This document shows, in pieces, positions 37,555-48,682 of a DNA stretch of 53,064 bases; positions within the stretch are counted from its first letter, which is position 1, and the number at the start of each line of letters is the position of its first letter. Source of the DNA: a virus. Its lineage: Duplodnaviria; Caudoviricetes. The stretch lies in IMG/VR virus record IMGVR_UViG_3300025009_000137, positions 1-53,064 of that record; one strand, given 5' to 3'. A model generated the notes under the pieces. That model did not search any database. It was not told the DNA's origin and saw only the letters and a program-made list of their open reading frames with translations. The position numbers and the translations under genes are program-made.

Positions 37555-37641
37555 TTATTCGTTTTCGCTTTCTGACCATGTCCTACCAATTACAACACCG
37601 TTCTCATTTTTAACTTCGGCTATAAGTTTTAGATTAACCAT
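37555..37641 (-). CDS. 28-aa cassette peptide
   Basis: MVNLKLIAEV...TWSESENE; SD GAGGAGG lies in the end of the upstream gene. Confidence 0.45.
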   Translation of the reverse strand: MVNLKLIAEVKNENGVVIGRTWSESENE

Positions 37642-37642
37642 A

Positions 37643-38239
37643 TTATAAAGCCTCCTCGACAACGCTTAATCTTACAGTTCTTACGCCCTCTTGTAGTACG
37701 TCCGTAGAATTAAAATACCTAAAAAACAAAGTATGGCCGCTTGATATTTTCAAATTCTTAAAAATACTAGCTTGTACCTTTAAGTCATTCGGTATAAATG
37801 ATTGCATTTGCTCATTTGTCGATGTGTTATACCAACCGGAATAACCTCGTTCCAGTTTTTTGTTAAAGGCAGCTGTACCTAAAATTAAAAATATACTACC
37901 TAAATAAACTGCACAAAAATGTGTACCACTTATAGCTCCGCTTGGAGCTATAACATTATACGATACGTCTTGCACTATCCATATTTTGCCTGATGGTACA
38001 ACTATTTCTTCCGTCGCGTTGCTACCTGCACCTACAGTTGTATTAAATGTGACACTTATCTGTTTAACATTTCTACCAGTTAGTTGCATACTTGCAGGAG
38101 TAGCACCGCTAATAATACTATCAATTTTTGCATTTAATGCATCAATCTTTGTGTTTAAATCTGTATCTTTAATTTTCAATTTATTTGCTGAAGAATCAAA
38201 AACATTTTCCATTATTTCTGTTTGTCTTGGTATACTCAA
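37643..38239 (-). CDS. Putative capsid-associated protein with variable C-terminus after QLTGR
   Basis: Coiled-coil N-terminus, beta-rich C-terminus; same slot as 1191..2204. Confidence 0.6.
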   Translation of the reverse strand: MSIPRQTEIMENVFDSSANKLKIKDTDLNTKIDALNAKIDSIISGATPASMQLTGRNVKQISVTFNTTVGAGSNATEEIVVPSGKIWIVQDVSYNVIAPSGAISGTHFCAVYLGSIFLILGTAAFNKKLERGYSGWYNTSTNEQMQSFIPNDLKVQASIFKNLKISSGHTLFFRYFNSTDVLQEGVRTVRLSVVEEAL

Positions 38240-38312
38240 TATTCTACCTCCTATCTTAAAAATAAATTAGGGGTTATTAAACCCCTAATAATTAATAATG
38301 CATGATCTAAAT

Positions 38313-39014
38313 TTAGTCTGGAGCATCTGCTAAAGTGTAAGTAATTTGAAGCATCATGGCAGGAGGATTAGCAGTTGCACCATTGGTAACATTTAACAAT
38401 AATTTTTCACCAGCTGCTAATACTTTATAAGTTTCATCAAGTGTACCTAAAGAATTTATTGTACCAACAGCAGGGAAGCCTGGGTCTGAATCATAAGCTG
38501 TATATACAATTGAATTAACTCCATTGGTTACACCAACAAGACAATTATTTCCATCATCAATTCCTGCTCCATTACCTTGTGGAATCATTGATACACTTTC
38601 TAAGGTTATAGTTAATCCTGCTGGAGCTACAAATATCACTCTATCAGCAATATCAACACCTGCTCCCAAATCTTCAATTTGATAATTAAACATATTAACT
38701 TTTGCTGTTGTTGCTAATTTTGCAAGAGTAATATTTGCATCTTTTACTTTTGCTGTTTCTACCGCATCTGAAGCTAGTTGTGTAGCACTAATAAAATCAT
38801 TTGCCATTTTTGCTCTACCAGTGGCATCTGCGGATAATGCTCCATCTGCTATTTTTGCTGTTTCAATTGCTCCATCTGCTACTGTTCCCACTGTGACTTC
38901 TTTACTATTTACACCATCATGATCATGACCTGAAGTTAGATTAAAAATTGATTGAAACAATCTCTTGATTATTGGATTTCTAATTGAATTAAAATCATAT
39001 GCCAAAATAATCAC
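38313..39014 (-). CDS. Putative head fibre/decoration protein
   Basis: GHDHDG and repeated AIETAKIAD-type motifs; follows the MCP. Confidence 0.6.
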   Translation of the reverse strand: MIILAYDFNSIRNPIIKRLFQSIFNLTSGHDHDGVNSKEVTVGTVADGAIETAKIADGALSADATGRAKMANDFISATQLASDAVETAKVKDANITLAKLATTAKVNMFNYQIEDLGAGVDIADRVIFVAPAGLTITLESVSMIPQGNGAGIDDGNNCLVGVTNGVNSIVYTAYDSDPGFPAVGTINSLGTLDETYKVLAAGEKLLLNVTNGATANPPAMMLQITYTLADAPD

Positions 39015-39088
39015 CTATCCTTTATATTTTATAGTAGTATAAGGGGTTTATTTCTTCCCCTTATACGTTAGTTCCTATATGGTTAAAT

Positions 39089-40030
39089 TTAGGAAGTTGC
39101 TAAATTAGTTATAGTACCATGCATAAATGCCGGGCCATGAGCTAGACCAACCTGTCCAAAAATGTGTCCACTTTCAGAAGCACCAGTTTTAGAAAGAGGC
39201 TCATAAAATAGATTACCCTTCTCAGGTACAGGTTGGAATACAGGTGCAATTACACTCATATCAGCAACCAACAAAGTACCTGCTGGCATGAATCTATGAG
39301 GATCAGCAATAGCTATATTACCAAAATCAGTTTCTATTTGCTTGACATTTACGCCACCAACATTTCTATCTGTGGGAGCATAACCGTATATATCACTAAT
39401 TTTCTGTTTCTGAAAACCACCACAAAAGATTACAGGATTTTTGAAATATGCTCCATTGGCAAACATTTCTAAAAGAAGTGTATCCATTAGAGCTTTACTT
39501 AAAGCACCAGCAGAAGCATCTACTGTATTAACAGTAGATAAAGCAATCATACCTCTGGTTTTATTCGCTACACCAGCATTAACAGCAATTTGATATACAC
39601 CATTGATAAAGCTATACTCAACGTCACGAGCAATTTTTTCTAATGCTTTAGCAATTTGCCAATCTCTTTCTGAAGTTACGTTGTTCTCTGCACTAGCAGT
39701 ATTAATACCAGTTAATCTTCCCTGATTACTCAATCTAACATAAGAAATAGAAATTGCTTCTTGGAAAATTTGAACCACGTTTTTACTTTGATTTCTTACA
39801 TATGAAATAGCTGTAGGTGCTGTTAAACTTGCAGTTTCGGTAATAGCTGGTTGTGCTGCTGCTTCATGTGAATACTGACTATCTGTTGCAAATTCAAAAT
39901 TATCTGTTTGCATACCACCAGTTAAGCCACCAATCATTGAAAGAAAAGGTGTATTAACTACATCTGAGGTGAATAATTCCCCTGTATAATTAGGTAAATT
40001 CCATACTGTTCCGGCTGCTACGTTTGCCAT
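39089..40030 (-). CDS. Major capsid protein (DUF5309/SU10-like family)
   Basis: LPNYTGELF, TPFLSMIGG, RDVEYSFING, ETDFG; follows the scaffold gene. Confidence 0.8.
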   Translation of the reverse strand: MANVAAGTVWNLPNYTGELFTSDVVNTPFLSMIGGLTGGMQTDNFEFATDSQYSHEAAAQPAITETASLTAPTAISYVRNQSKNVVQIFQEAISISYVRLSNQGRLTGINTASAENNVTSERDWQIAKALEKIARDVEYSFINGVYQIAVNAGVANKTRGMIALSTVNTVDASAGALSKALMDTLLLEMFANGAYFKNPVIFCGGFQKQKISDIYGYAPTDRNVGGVNVKQIETDFGNIAIADPHRFMPAGTLLVADMSVIAPVFQPVPEKGNLFYEPLSKTGASESGHIFGQVGLAHGPAFMHGTITNLATS

Positions 40031-40053
40031 GTTAAATCAATCTCCTTTACGTT

Positions 40054-40653
40054 TTAATTATTAAAATATTTTTTATTTTTTAACGATATTGCAAGAACAT
40101 TATTTCCTGCATTTATTGCATCTGCAATTTGCTTATCAATATCTGGATTGTGATTACCGCCACCAGGAGGATTTGTTGATCCACCTATAGGACTTGCTTC
40201 TCCAAATAAATAAGCATCGCTTGTTTGCAATGCTTTTAATTGATCGTCTAACCCTATTAAATTGTCACCATCAATAATAATTTTACTTTCATCCAGCAAT
40301 GCTTTGATGGCTTTGGTGTTTTTACCTTTTGCTTTTAACAATTCACTTTCAAGTTTAAAGTCAAAAGTCTGTTTCTTTAACTTTTCCTCATATTGCTTTG
40401 TTGCTTCTTCATTTTTCAATTTCAACTCTTCAAACTGTTTAGTTAATTCTTCATTCCCTGTTGCTTTAACTTTTAATGTTTCTAATTGCTTATCTCGTTC
40501 TTCAATCTGTTTCTTATATTCCTTTTTTGATTCGTTTGCTTCATTGAATTTTTCGATAGGAATATAATTTCCATCGTTTACAATTAGTTTTTTATCACCA
40601 ATTTTTTCTGATACTTGCTTAAATAATTCTTCACCTAATAATTCTTTTAACAT
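40054..40653 (-). CDS. Capsid scaffolding protein
   Basis: Highly similar to 3392..3961 except the C-terminal tip. Confidence 0.85.
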   Translation of the reverse strand: MLKELLGEELFKQVSEKIGDKKLIVNDGNYIPIEKFNEANESKKEYKKQIEERDKQLETLKVKATGNEELTKQFEELKLKNEEATKQYEEKLKKQTFDFKLESELLKAKGKNTKAIKALLDESKIIIDGDNLIGLDDQLKALQTSDAYLFGEASPIGGSTNPPGGGNHNPDIDKQIADAINAGNNVLAISLKNKKYFNN

Positions 40654-40762
40654 TATTTTTAAACCCTCCTATAATTTTCCTACTAACCTTTTTAAAGTGG
40701 TCGGCTCCACCTGTGGTCTTTTGTTATAACCTACAAAATACTAAAAAAGGCAATTATAAATA

Positions 40763-41569
40763 TTAATTATCCAATTCTGGTAAATAAGCTCCATAGGCAT
40801 GTTTACAATTTGGATGGAATAAACCTTTAGATTTTGCATATTCTAGTGTTTTATATCCTGAAGTTTTACCAGTAAGGGATAATATTTCACCCTCCCAAGG
40901 TTTACATAACTCACATGGATTAGAATGTTTAGATATTTTTATTAAATCATATTTATTTTCAACAAATCTATTTGCTGTAGCATTAAGATGTGTCTCCATA
41001 GTACCTGTTTTTATTACCATTTTTGTATAAGATTTCATGTTCCACTGTCTACCTGCTGAATCTTGAAAACCTGTTATTCCATTCTTTAGTAGATCATTTA
41101 AATAATTTCTTGAACCTTGTTGCCATGATTTATTACCTATTGAAACTTGCTTTATATGTTCTAAAGCTAAATTTCTATATATATCTTCTACCCTTCTGCC
41201 AACAGTAAAGAATTGTTGCTCTAAACGATTATATATAGAATCTGAAATAATTTGAACTGCTATTTGGTGAATCTCTCCCATATCAACAAGTTTTCCACCA
41301 GCTTTTTTAATTTGCTTATCAGCGAATTGAACACCAGAAAAATAAATTTTAGGCATTACTTCAGCTAACCATTTTTTTGTTTCACCTCTTAAATCATTAA
41401 GGATATTCAAAGAATCTGATTTTGCCTTGTTAATACCTTTCAAAAATATATTTGTTGATATTGCAATGGTAAATGCTTTTATGATAAAATCTTCAACTGT
41501 ATCAAAAAGACTTGTTAATCTATCTCCTTCATCCTCTGATTCTCTGATTAATTCTTCATCTATTGCCAT
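40763..41569 (-). CDS. Phage minor capsid / head morphogenesis protein
   Basis: Near-identical protein to 4067..4873. Confidence 0.85.
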   Translation of the reverse strand: MAIDEELIRESEDEGDRLTSLFDTVEDFIIKAFTIAISTNIFLKGINKAKSDSLNILNDLRGETKKWLAEVMPKIYFSGVQFADKQIKKAGGKLVDMGEIHQIAVQIISDSIYNRLEQQFFTVGRRVEDIYRNLALEHIKQVSIGNKSWQQGSRNYLNDLLKNGITGFQDSAGRQWNMKSYTKMVIKTGTMETHLNATANRFVENKYDLIKISKHSNPCELCKPWEGEILSLTGKTSGYKTLEYAKSKGLFHPNCKHAYGAYLPELDN

Positions 41570-42963
41570 TATACAACACTTCCAGAATTAGGTAATGTTA
41601 TTTTAGGAGGTTCTACAGATGAAGCTTGTTTTTCTGCATTTATTTTATCTACCTCACTATCTAATTGTTGCCCTTCTAATCCGTCTAAACGTCTAATAGA
41701 TGATTCTAAGGAAGATAATCCTGCACCATATCTTTGCGTTTCAATTGTAGTTTTCTCTCCATCATCTTCAGGTAATCCGTCCCTCCAAGAAATGAAAATA
41801 TTACTTAACTTTATTGCTCCTGGTTTTGATTGTGCCACTTCTAATGCAGAAGCTAATTTTAATACTTTTTTAATTTGGGGATCAAAAGATAAACGAATTC
41901 TGTTAACTTTTGCCAAGGGTGCTAATAATAGACGCTTTAAAGCACTACCACTCTCGGCTAAACCTTGTTTCAAATTTCCATAAGCTGCTGCACTTGTCTC
42001 ACTAAGAAAATATAACTGCTCAATTAAATAGTCTATTTGCTTAAATCCTGCATCAAGATGTCCTTCCCAAACTATGTACTGTGGTATAATATCATCTTTA
42101 CTTTCTACAGGAAAATATTTATTACTACCTCTAAAACTATATTGTCCAGTTGTTGGATCTATTTCTAAAGCACTACTTGGCCCACACATATTAGGGTCAC
42201 TGTGTTTATCTAAAATTCTAGAAATTTGGGAAAATCTTATCTCAATCTCCTGTATAATACTATCAATATCTGTATAATCATCATTTCCAGTTACATCTTC
42301 AGAAGTTATTAAATTAGACACACGAACAATTAGAAAATCATTTATACCTGTTTCTTGTGTAGTAGATTCCACTAATTCAGATATTTTATCTTTTTGCAAG
42401 ATATAAGTATTAGTTTGAATCTTACCTTTATAATGAATCTCTGCTCTAAGATAATCAGTTTTATTTACTTTATATGTCCATGCTAAAACATGATTTTTAA
42501 TATCACTAACATTAAAAGGATTTACAACTGGAAACCATACAGCAGGACTATTAACTTCAATGATTGCTCTATTATCATCATATCTAATTTTAAATAATCC
42601 ATCTGCAAATCTTGAAGTATCTAAGGCAACCTTGTATGCTTCCATGATAAAGTTATTATCTTCAATTATTCTATCTAAATTAATTTGTTCAGGTGTGCCT
42701 ACATCACCTGCTATGATCCTAGGAGGTTCACCTAATAATAAATCAGCGAATAATTTAGATAACCTTTTGTGCCAATTAATTATTATTTCCATTGTTGCCT
42801 GTTGATCATCTCTAAGAAGTCTAACCCAATCAGTATATACTTGATCATGCTTACCTTTGAAAAGTAAACGATTAGTATTATACATTTTTAATCTTTCTCT
42901 AGTATCAATATCATCAGGTGGCCAAGATTGACCAATTTGCAAAAAGTTTAAGTCAGTAAGTAT
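41569..42963 (-). CDS. Portal protein; probable ATA start
   Basis: Homolog of the A portal; GTGGTG-6 nt-ATA CTT ACT GAC. Confidence 0.85.
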   Translation of the reverse strand: MLTDLNFLQIGQSWPPDDIDTRERLKMYNTNRLLFKGKHDQVYTDWVRLLRDDQQATMEIIINWHKRLSKLFADLLLGEPPRIIAGDVGTPEQINLDRIIEDNNFIMEAYKVALDTSRFADGLFKIRYDDNRAIIEVNSPAVWFPVVNPFNVSDIKNHVLAWTYKVNKTDYLRAEIHYKGKIQTNTYILQKDKISELVESTTQETGINDFLIVRVSNLITSEDVTGNDDYTDIDSIIQEIEIRFSQISRILDKHSDPNMCGPSSALEIDPTTGQYSFRGSNKYFPVESKDDIIPQYIVWEGHLDAGFKQIDYLIEQLYFLSETSAAAYGNLKQGLAESGSALKRLLLAPLAKVNRIRLSFDPQIKKVLKLASALEVAQSKPGAIKLSNIFISWRDGLPEDDGEKTTIETQRYGAGLSSLESSIRRLDGLEGQQLDSEVDKINAEKQASSVEPPKITLPNSGSVV

Positions 42964-42994
42964 ATTTTTCACCACACTTTCTTTATTAAATTAA

Positions 42995-43047
42995 GTATAC
43001 TTTTATGCCTTGATTTTATTGATGTTTACGTGTGTATACTTGTTTAC
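42995..43047. repeat. Degenerate GTATAC/GTTTAC array (spacing 29/10/8)
   Basis: Copies start at 42995, 43024, 43034, 43042. Confidence 0.7.
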
Positions 43048-44309
43048 TTACCAGCCTACTGGTTTTTTAACTAAACTTAAATGTCTTCTTTTGTTTAAAT
43101 CTTCAACTGCATAACGCAAAGCATCAATACCATGATTATATTTATCTACAGGAGTATTAATATAAATTCCATTACTATCTTTTTTCCATGTATAATTTTG
43201 GAATTCTTCAATAATATGTATACATGATGGATGAACTACTATTTTAAATTGCTGAAGAAATTGAATACCTGTAAGAATAGAACCAGAGCCTTTTTTCGCT
43301 GGTACAATTCTATTAATACCATACCTTTTTATTTCTTCTATACTTTTTTGTTCTGCTGAATCTGCTATTATTTTTTCTTTTGAATATCCTAGATTTATTA
43401 TTTTTTTTGCTATCTCATTATTCAGCATACCTTTTTCTTGAAATTCATTGAAGATATAAAGTAATCTGTTAGTATCATCAGCTAATGCACAAATAAAAGC
43501 TGTCGGATCATTGATATAACCAAAATCAAGACCAAAGACAGCTTTAAGAATTTTATTTTCTTTTAGTAGTTGTATATAATCGAAATCTTCTATATTCCAA
43601 TTATTAAATATAGTTTTATCAAGTGTGGCAAATTCACCTAAAGCATATATTTTGTAATAGGTGAAATTTGTTTCTTTCATATCTTCTAATGTTTTAATAT
43701 AATCTTGAGAAAGAAATTTATTATGTTTATATGTAGTATGAAGTAGTATTGTTGTCTGAGGGTCTGTTTCTCTATCATGCCAATGATTGTATACCCAATT
43801 AGATTTTGATACTGGATTGTACATTAAATGAATTTGATTATATGGATTTCTTGAGCGTAAACGTAAATTTAATTGTGAGAAATCTTCTAAAGTTAATTCA
43901 GTTGCTTCTTCAATAATAATATCATCAATATTTGCAATTGATTTTATTTTTTCTGAATCATCTAAACCCCGAAAAATAAACTCAGAGCCATTTTGAAATT
44001 TAATTGTTAAGTAGCTGTCACGGAATTCAACTTGATTATAAAGTCCCCAGTCTGATATAACTGATTTAAATAATGCATAGATTGAATCTCTGATTGTGTT
44101 GGCAATTTTTCTGATAACTAAACATTTACGATTTGGAAATTTTAGATATTTAAAAATTAATTTTTGTACTACAAAATGGGATTTGCTCAACCAGAGCCAG
44201 CACCACCATAGAATATATTGAATCGAGTGTTATATTGTTGAAGATGTGGATAGTATACTTCGTTGAAAACACGTTTAGTTATTTTTATTTTTTGTTGTGA
44301 TTGACTCAT
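43048..44309 (-). CDS. terL: Terminase large subunit, split in Walker A by a 5-nt gap at 44185..44189
   Basis: ORF 44187..44309 ends YGGAGSG*; the next frame continues KSHFVVQK. Confidence 0.9.
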
Positions 44310-44670
44310 GGCATCACCTCCATTTTTTAATCCTGGTGTTTTGAGTGAAAAAATTAAAATTTGGTATATCGGGCAAAATTTTTTTCAAAATTGGAGGGGG
44401 GTGGGTCTAAAATTTTTCTTCAAAATATTTTTAATTTTGAAGAAAAATTTTTTTTTATTTCCCTCAACTTAACATAAAAGAAATTATTCATACTAATATT
44501 ACTTCTTACTCTATCAATACAAATACTATAATAATTATGCTAGAATAATATAAATACTTTATAAACATACCTATTTATTGTCTATTGTTCCGAATAATCC
44601 AGCATAATTATTATCAAAACTTTGTACCCATGATTATATCTATGTTTTTTGAATGTTCAATAATAAATCT

Positions 44671-44698
44671 AGTTAACATAACAATTATTCTCGGATCA
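44671..44698 (-). other. dif-like Xer recombination site
   Basis: Minus strand TGATCCGAGAA-TAATTG-TTATGTTAACT. Confidence 0.6.
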
Positions 44699-44813
44699 TA
44701 AATAGATACACTGTGTACATAGGTGTAAGTTACATTTCGCTGATAACTATTACTAATACTTAAACGGGTAAGTTTATAGTATCACAACCCTACCCTTGTG
44801 AACGTGTATTGTA

Positions 44814-45287
44814 TTATTTAATCTCTTCATCATCAATAATATCAACGATAATCTCTTTATTTGTCTGTACTATCTCTTGCTTGTCAACCCAATTATAGTT
44901 ATTCTTTAAAGCAAAGATACCACCTGTGGCCTTAGACCTATTATATAGACGTTCTTCATAGTGCATCTCAATATATCTCTTAGCTTCTTTTATCGTGTTC
45001 ATTAATTTCCTCTTTGTTTCATCATCAACACTTTTCAACCAATCAATCTCATCACACTTCTCATAGTTAATCAATGTAGTCCTACTACACTTCAACCACC
45101 ACGCCAATCCAGTTATAGTTATCTCCATTTCATTTTCTTTGGCCCATTCAAAATATTCTTTAATATATTTATTTAACTCTTCAGAATTTTTAAATTTTAA
45201 TGGATAACCTTTTGGTTTATATACAGATGATTTCTTACTTTTAATAGTGTTACTCTTGCTTATATCATTCAAATCTTTATCTTCCAC
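44814..45287 (-). CDS. terS: Terminase small subunit
   Basis: ITITGLAWWL, GGIFALKNNYNWVDKQE. Confidence 0.8.
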   Translation of the reverse strand: MEDKDLNDISKSNTIKSKKSSVYKPKGYPLKFKNSEELNKYIKEYFEWAKENEMEITITGLAWWLKCSRTTLINYEKCDEIDWLKSVDDETKRKLMNTIKEAKRYIEMHYEERLYNRSKATGGIFALKNNYNWVDKQEIVQTNKEIIVDIIDDEEIK

Positions 45288-45348
45288 ACTAATCACCTCC
45301 AAAAATAAAGAAGGACTGATTGCTCAGTCCTTCCTAAATTAATAATAA

Positions 45349-45585
45349 TTATTTCAATTTTAGCACATATTTAGTATTTTCATCATCTTTATCTGGAAAA
45401 TTAATTTCAATTTCCGTTATTCGTTTTTTCCCATCATCTGTTGTGATTATGTCACCTATGCTAAATTCTCCATTCCATTCAGGTGACATATCTATTAAAT
45501 CTTTACCCTTACAATTAACAACTAAATTACCATCAATTATTACAATATCATCATTTGGTTTCAAATAATACTTAAACACTGACAT
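45349..45585 (-). CDS. Hypothetical protein (moron)
   Basis: SD GGAGGTG; behind the SigH-like promoter; own terminator. Confidence 0.6.
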   Translation of the reverse strand: MSVFKYYLKPNDDIVIIDGNLVVNCKGKDLIDMSPEWNGEFSIGDIITTDDGKKRITEIEINFPDKDDENTKYVLKLK

Positions 45586-45647
45586 AATTACACCTCCTCT
45601 CTGTTTATATACTTCAACAAAAAGAAGGTTTATCCTTTACAAATATT

Positions 45648-45839
45648 TCAACAAATATCGACATTGTAAGTAATTAATTTAATTAATATTTTATTAACTA
45701 TCTTGTCAGTAACACTGACCAACATAAACTTTAACTCATTTGACAGTTGAATTTGTTCTGCTATATCTTTTTGTTGTTTTTTCAGTGCGAAATTATTTCG
45801 TTCTGATTTTAGTATATCTATTACCTCCATGACCACCAT
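45648..45839 (-). CDS. Hypothetical protein
   Basis: ORF track; decayed homolog in A. Confidence 0.4.
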   Translation of the reverse strand: MVVMEVIDILKSERNNFALKKQQKDIAEQIQLSNELKFMLVSVTDKIVNKILIKLITYNVDIC

Positions 45840-45872
45840 TTTAAGGCAAGGAAATTTTAAGCAGTCCTCTAA

Positions 45873-46055
45873 TCACCTCATATACTTATTACAAGTATGA
45901 CACCCTTCACACCAATCTTCACTATTCTCAATATCATTCATCACTTCTTTAATCAAATCCTGAATATCACCAACGAAAATATCTTTATCAAGTAAAAAAT
46001 TAACCTGAGCTTTCATCAACTCTTTATAAACCACCAATAAATCATCTAATGACAT
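45873..46055 (-). CDS. Hypothetical protein
   Basis: Homolog of 9114..9284. Confidence 0.6.
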   Translation of the reverse strand: MSLDDLLVVYKELMKAQVNFLLDKDIFVGDIQDLIKEVMNDIENSEDWCEGCHTCNKYMR

Positions 46056-46068
46056 AATATCTCTCCTA

Positions 46069-46251
46069 TCAACTATTATCCTGAATATATTTAACATATT
46101 TTTCAACAATTTCATCTAAAGGTGTATTATCTAAATATTCATCACTATAATACATATTCTCACCATTAACCAAAGCAACATATTTCCAAGGATTTTTTAA
46201 TTCAACTGCTTCAATAAATTTTAACCATCGTTCCTTTTCATCAGAATTCAT
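46069..46251 (-). CDS. Hypothetical protein
   Basis: SD GGAGG; absent from A. Confidence 0.55.
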   Translation of the reverse strand: MNSDEKERWLKFIEAVELKNPWKYVALVNGENMYYSDEYLDNTPLDEIVEKYVKYIQDNS

Positions 46252-46328
46252 ATAATTCCTCCAATAACATTTAAAATAAAGTGAAAAGGCTGTCGCACCC
46301 TTACGACAACCTTAATCACACCATAAAC

Positions 46329-46568
46329 CTAACTAACCCTTTTCCTTTTCATAATCTCTTTCCTAATAAACTTAAATCCACTCAGAAACTTATGCAAATT
46401 AACATCATTCTTATATGTGCTTTTTAACTCAGAAATATTGCTATGTACTGTCATATAATACTTACCTGGTGTATCTTCATCCTCTATCAACTCATAGTCA
46501 GTAACACCATTACTTACCAAGTAAGCCATTAGATTAACTGAATAGATTCTTTTCTTAGTATCGTTCAT
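46329..46568 (-). CDS. DUF5659-like small protein
   Basis: Homolog of 9373..9609. Confidence 0.5.
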   Translation of the reverse strand: MNDTKKRIYSVNLMAYLVSNGVTDYELIEDEDTPGKYYMTVHSNISELKSTYKNDVNLHKFLSGFKFIRKEIMKRKRVS

Positions 46569-46579
46569 ATCTCCACCAC

Positions 46580-47206
46580 CTAACTAATTGCACAATTAAT
46601 AAATTCAAATATATCCATAACTTTATTTTTAGTTTCTTCTACTTCTACCTCATAACCAGCCGGTATGCACTCTTTAACACCAATCCATCTAATATTACCG
46701 ATTCTGCTAACTTGACTAGCCGAAACACCATATAAATCCCCAATTTCTTTATGCTTCAACTTAGTATGTAATTTCAAAAATAGGATCTCTCCAGCTTGAA
46801 TTTCCGTCAATCGAGCCATTGGATTTTTTTCACCAGAAAAAAGTTCCCTGAACTTCTGTTTATGATTTGCAGCTTGCTTACCTCGTCTAATCTTCTTAGT
46901 TAGTTTAATAATATCTCGCTCATTGAAAACAGTATCCTTATATAAATCTTTATAATGTTTCTCTAAAACATATAAGTTTTTCTTTGCACATTTTTCTAAT
47001 ATTCTTAATTCAAATCTTTTTTCTCCTACCTCATTAAACATATTTTGTAATCTCTTGTTGCTATGCTTACCTCTCCGTAAAGTAGCTAATGGATTGCTTT
47101 TTCTACTTTCAAAAGAATATCCAGCACTTCCAACATATCTGATAATTCCATCAACATACCAACCATAAACTCCACTACGACCAATTAATTTTTGCTTTTT
47201 ACTCAT
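46580..47206 (-). CDS. GIY-YIG endonuclease-like protein with C-terminal HTH
   Basis: GVY...YVGS, HSNKRLQ, GEKNP, KEIGDLYGVSASQVSRI. Confidence 0.75.
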   Translation of the reverse strand: MSKKQKLIGRSGVYGWYVDGIIRYVGSAGYSFESRKSNPLATLRRGKHSNKRLQNMFNEVGEKRFELRILEKCAKKNLYVLEKHYKDLYKDTVFNERDIIKLTKKIRRGKQAANHKQKFRELFSGEKNPMARLTEIQAGEILFLKLHTKLKHKEIGDLYGVSASQVSRIGNIRWIGVKECIPAGYEVEVEETKNKVMDIFEFINCAIS

Positions 47207-47337
47207 AAAAAAATCTCCTCCTATAATTAATTTTAATTTGACTTGCTATTGCATATGTGATATGCTTATTGTGGGTATTTATTGGTTACTCACAAAAAAA
47301 TATAAAAATAAAAAATGACCTTTGCGGTCACTCAAAT

Positions 47338-47793
47338 TTACCCTGCCATTAACTTTAACTTTTTCTCTTTCTTTCTCTTATTTCTTGCTTTCTGAATCTC
47401 ATCATATTCCAACCATCCTCCATCTTGCATTGAATATCCGATCCAACGATAATCAACATCTGGATACTTGTAATGGAATAGTTTCTTTTTAATTTTTGCT
47501 AAACTATCCGGCAAGCCTTTCGTATCCCAAACTATTACTGAATCATCGGCATAAGTAATAACGAAATCCGCAACATAGTTAATACCTAAAATATTTTTAC
47601 CTTTAAATTTAAACTTCTGCTGCAATTCATATTTGACTTGAAGCTGACAATCTTTAATTGTGCCATCTTTAAGTCCTACACAAATTACATCTCTGTAATA
47701 TTTCATCTCCAGTTCTGAATCAAAGGTTACATTGTTATATGTACGGTTTTGCTTGTTTTTGTCTATGTTAAATTTTGAACGATTCTTTTTTAT
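47338..47793 (-). CDS. DUF1064-like nuclease; probable ATA start
   Basis: Homolog of 10381..10860; SD GGAGGTG-5 nt-ATA. Confidence 0.75.
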   Translation of the reverse strand: MKKNRSKFNIDKNKQNRTYNNVTFDSELEMKYYRDVICVGLKDGTIKDCQLQVKYELQQKFKFKGKNILGINYVADFVITYADDSVIVWDTKGLPDSLAKIKKKLFHYKYPDVDYRWIGYSMQDGGWLEYDEIQKARNKRKKEKKLKLMAG

Positions 47794-48218
47794 ATTTTCA
47801 CCTCCTCTGCAAAATAAAAAAGACTACCCATTTTTGGACAGTCTAAATTTTTAATTTCTATTAATTTAAAGGTTGATCACCCAAAGACTTTTAAGTTCAT
47901 CTGACAAAATGTCATGTGGATTATAAATTAAAAATTATCTTAACAAACGGCACAGCATAATACTGTACTGACAACTTCTCTGACTTCGACTGAAAAACTC
48001 AATTTAACCCCCTATTTAGCCTCTTAAATTATCAACACATAAACTTATACCTAATTCAAAATAACTCTTAAAATAGCCTTAAAATTTAACGAATTTCAAT
48101 ATAACAAAAACACCTTTAAACCCTTATAAATCAATACTTTATAGGCATTTTTATAAATTATTGATATTTGCATTAAATCTAGCATGTTAACCCTATTTTT
48201 ATATCTTCTAAACTTTCA

Positions 48219-48365
48219 TCATTGTATTTTTTTTGCTTCTTGGATCTCTCTGATAATATCATCGTTCATTTCTATCAATTTTTTAAAGCTGTCCATCATG
48301 TGCTGGTGATTAACTTCGATCAATAATTTGAATTCTTGTATCATCTTTAAATCTTCATTATACAT
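48219..48365 (-). CDS. Short hypothetical protein (48 aa, possibly truncated at an A run)
   Basis: SD AGGAGG after a SigA promoter; same slot as 11490..11738. Confidence 0.4.
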   Translation of the reverse strand: MYNEDLKMIQEFKLLIEVNHQHMMDSFKKLIEMNDDIIREIQEAKKIQ

Positions 48366-48424
48366 ATCATCCTCCTAAAATAAAATTAAAAATTTTATAC
48401 TAATTTTATAATATTGTCAAGCGT

Positions 48425-48498
48425 AAAAAAAATTTTTCTGCCTTTATTCGTTAATCAGATAAATAAAGGCAGAAGGAGAATTATTTATTATGGAAAAT
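48425..48498 (-). ncRNA. Anti-RBS segment plus terminator hairpin downstream of the RNAP gene
   Basis: 48474..48498 is complementary to 51656..51680; stem at 48436..48474. Confidence 0.55.
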
Positions 48499-48682
48499 AT
48501 TTTCTAGCTAGTTTGCATATTTGTTTATCGCATTGCAATACAGCGACCCAACCTACTTTATTTTCGCATTGTGTGAGTATACCGTATACTTTATATACTC
48601 ATATATCCCATTATGGTGATAACCTATAAATTATTGTTATTCTTTGGTTTATCGTCATTTTATTTTTTTCTCATTTTAGGGA

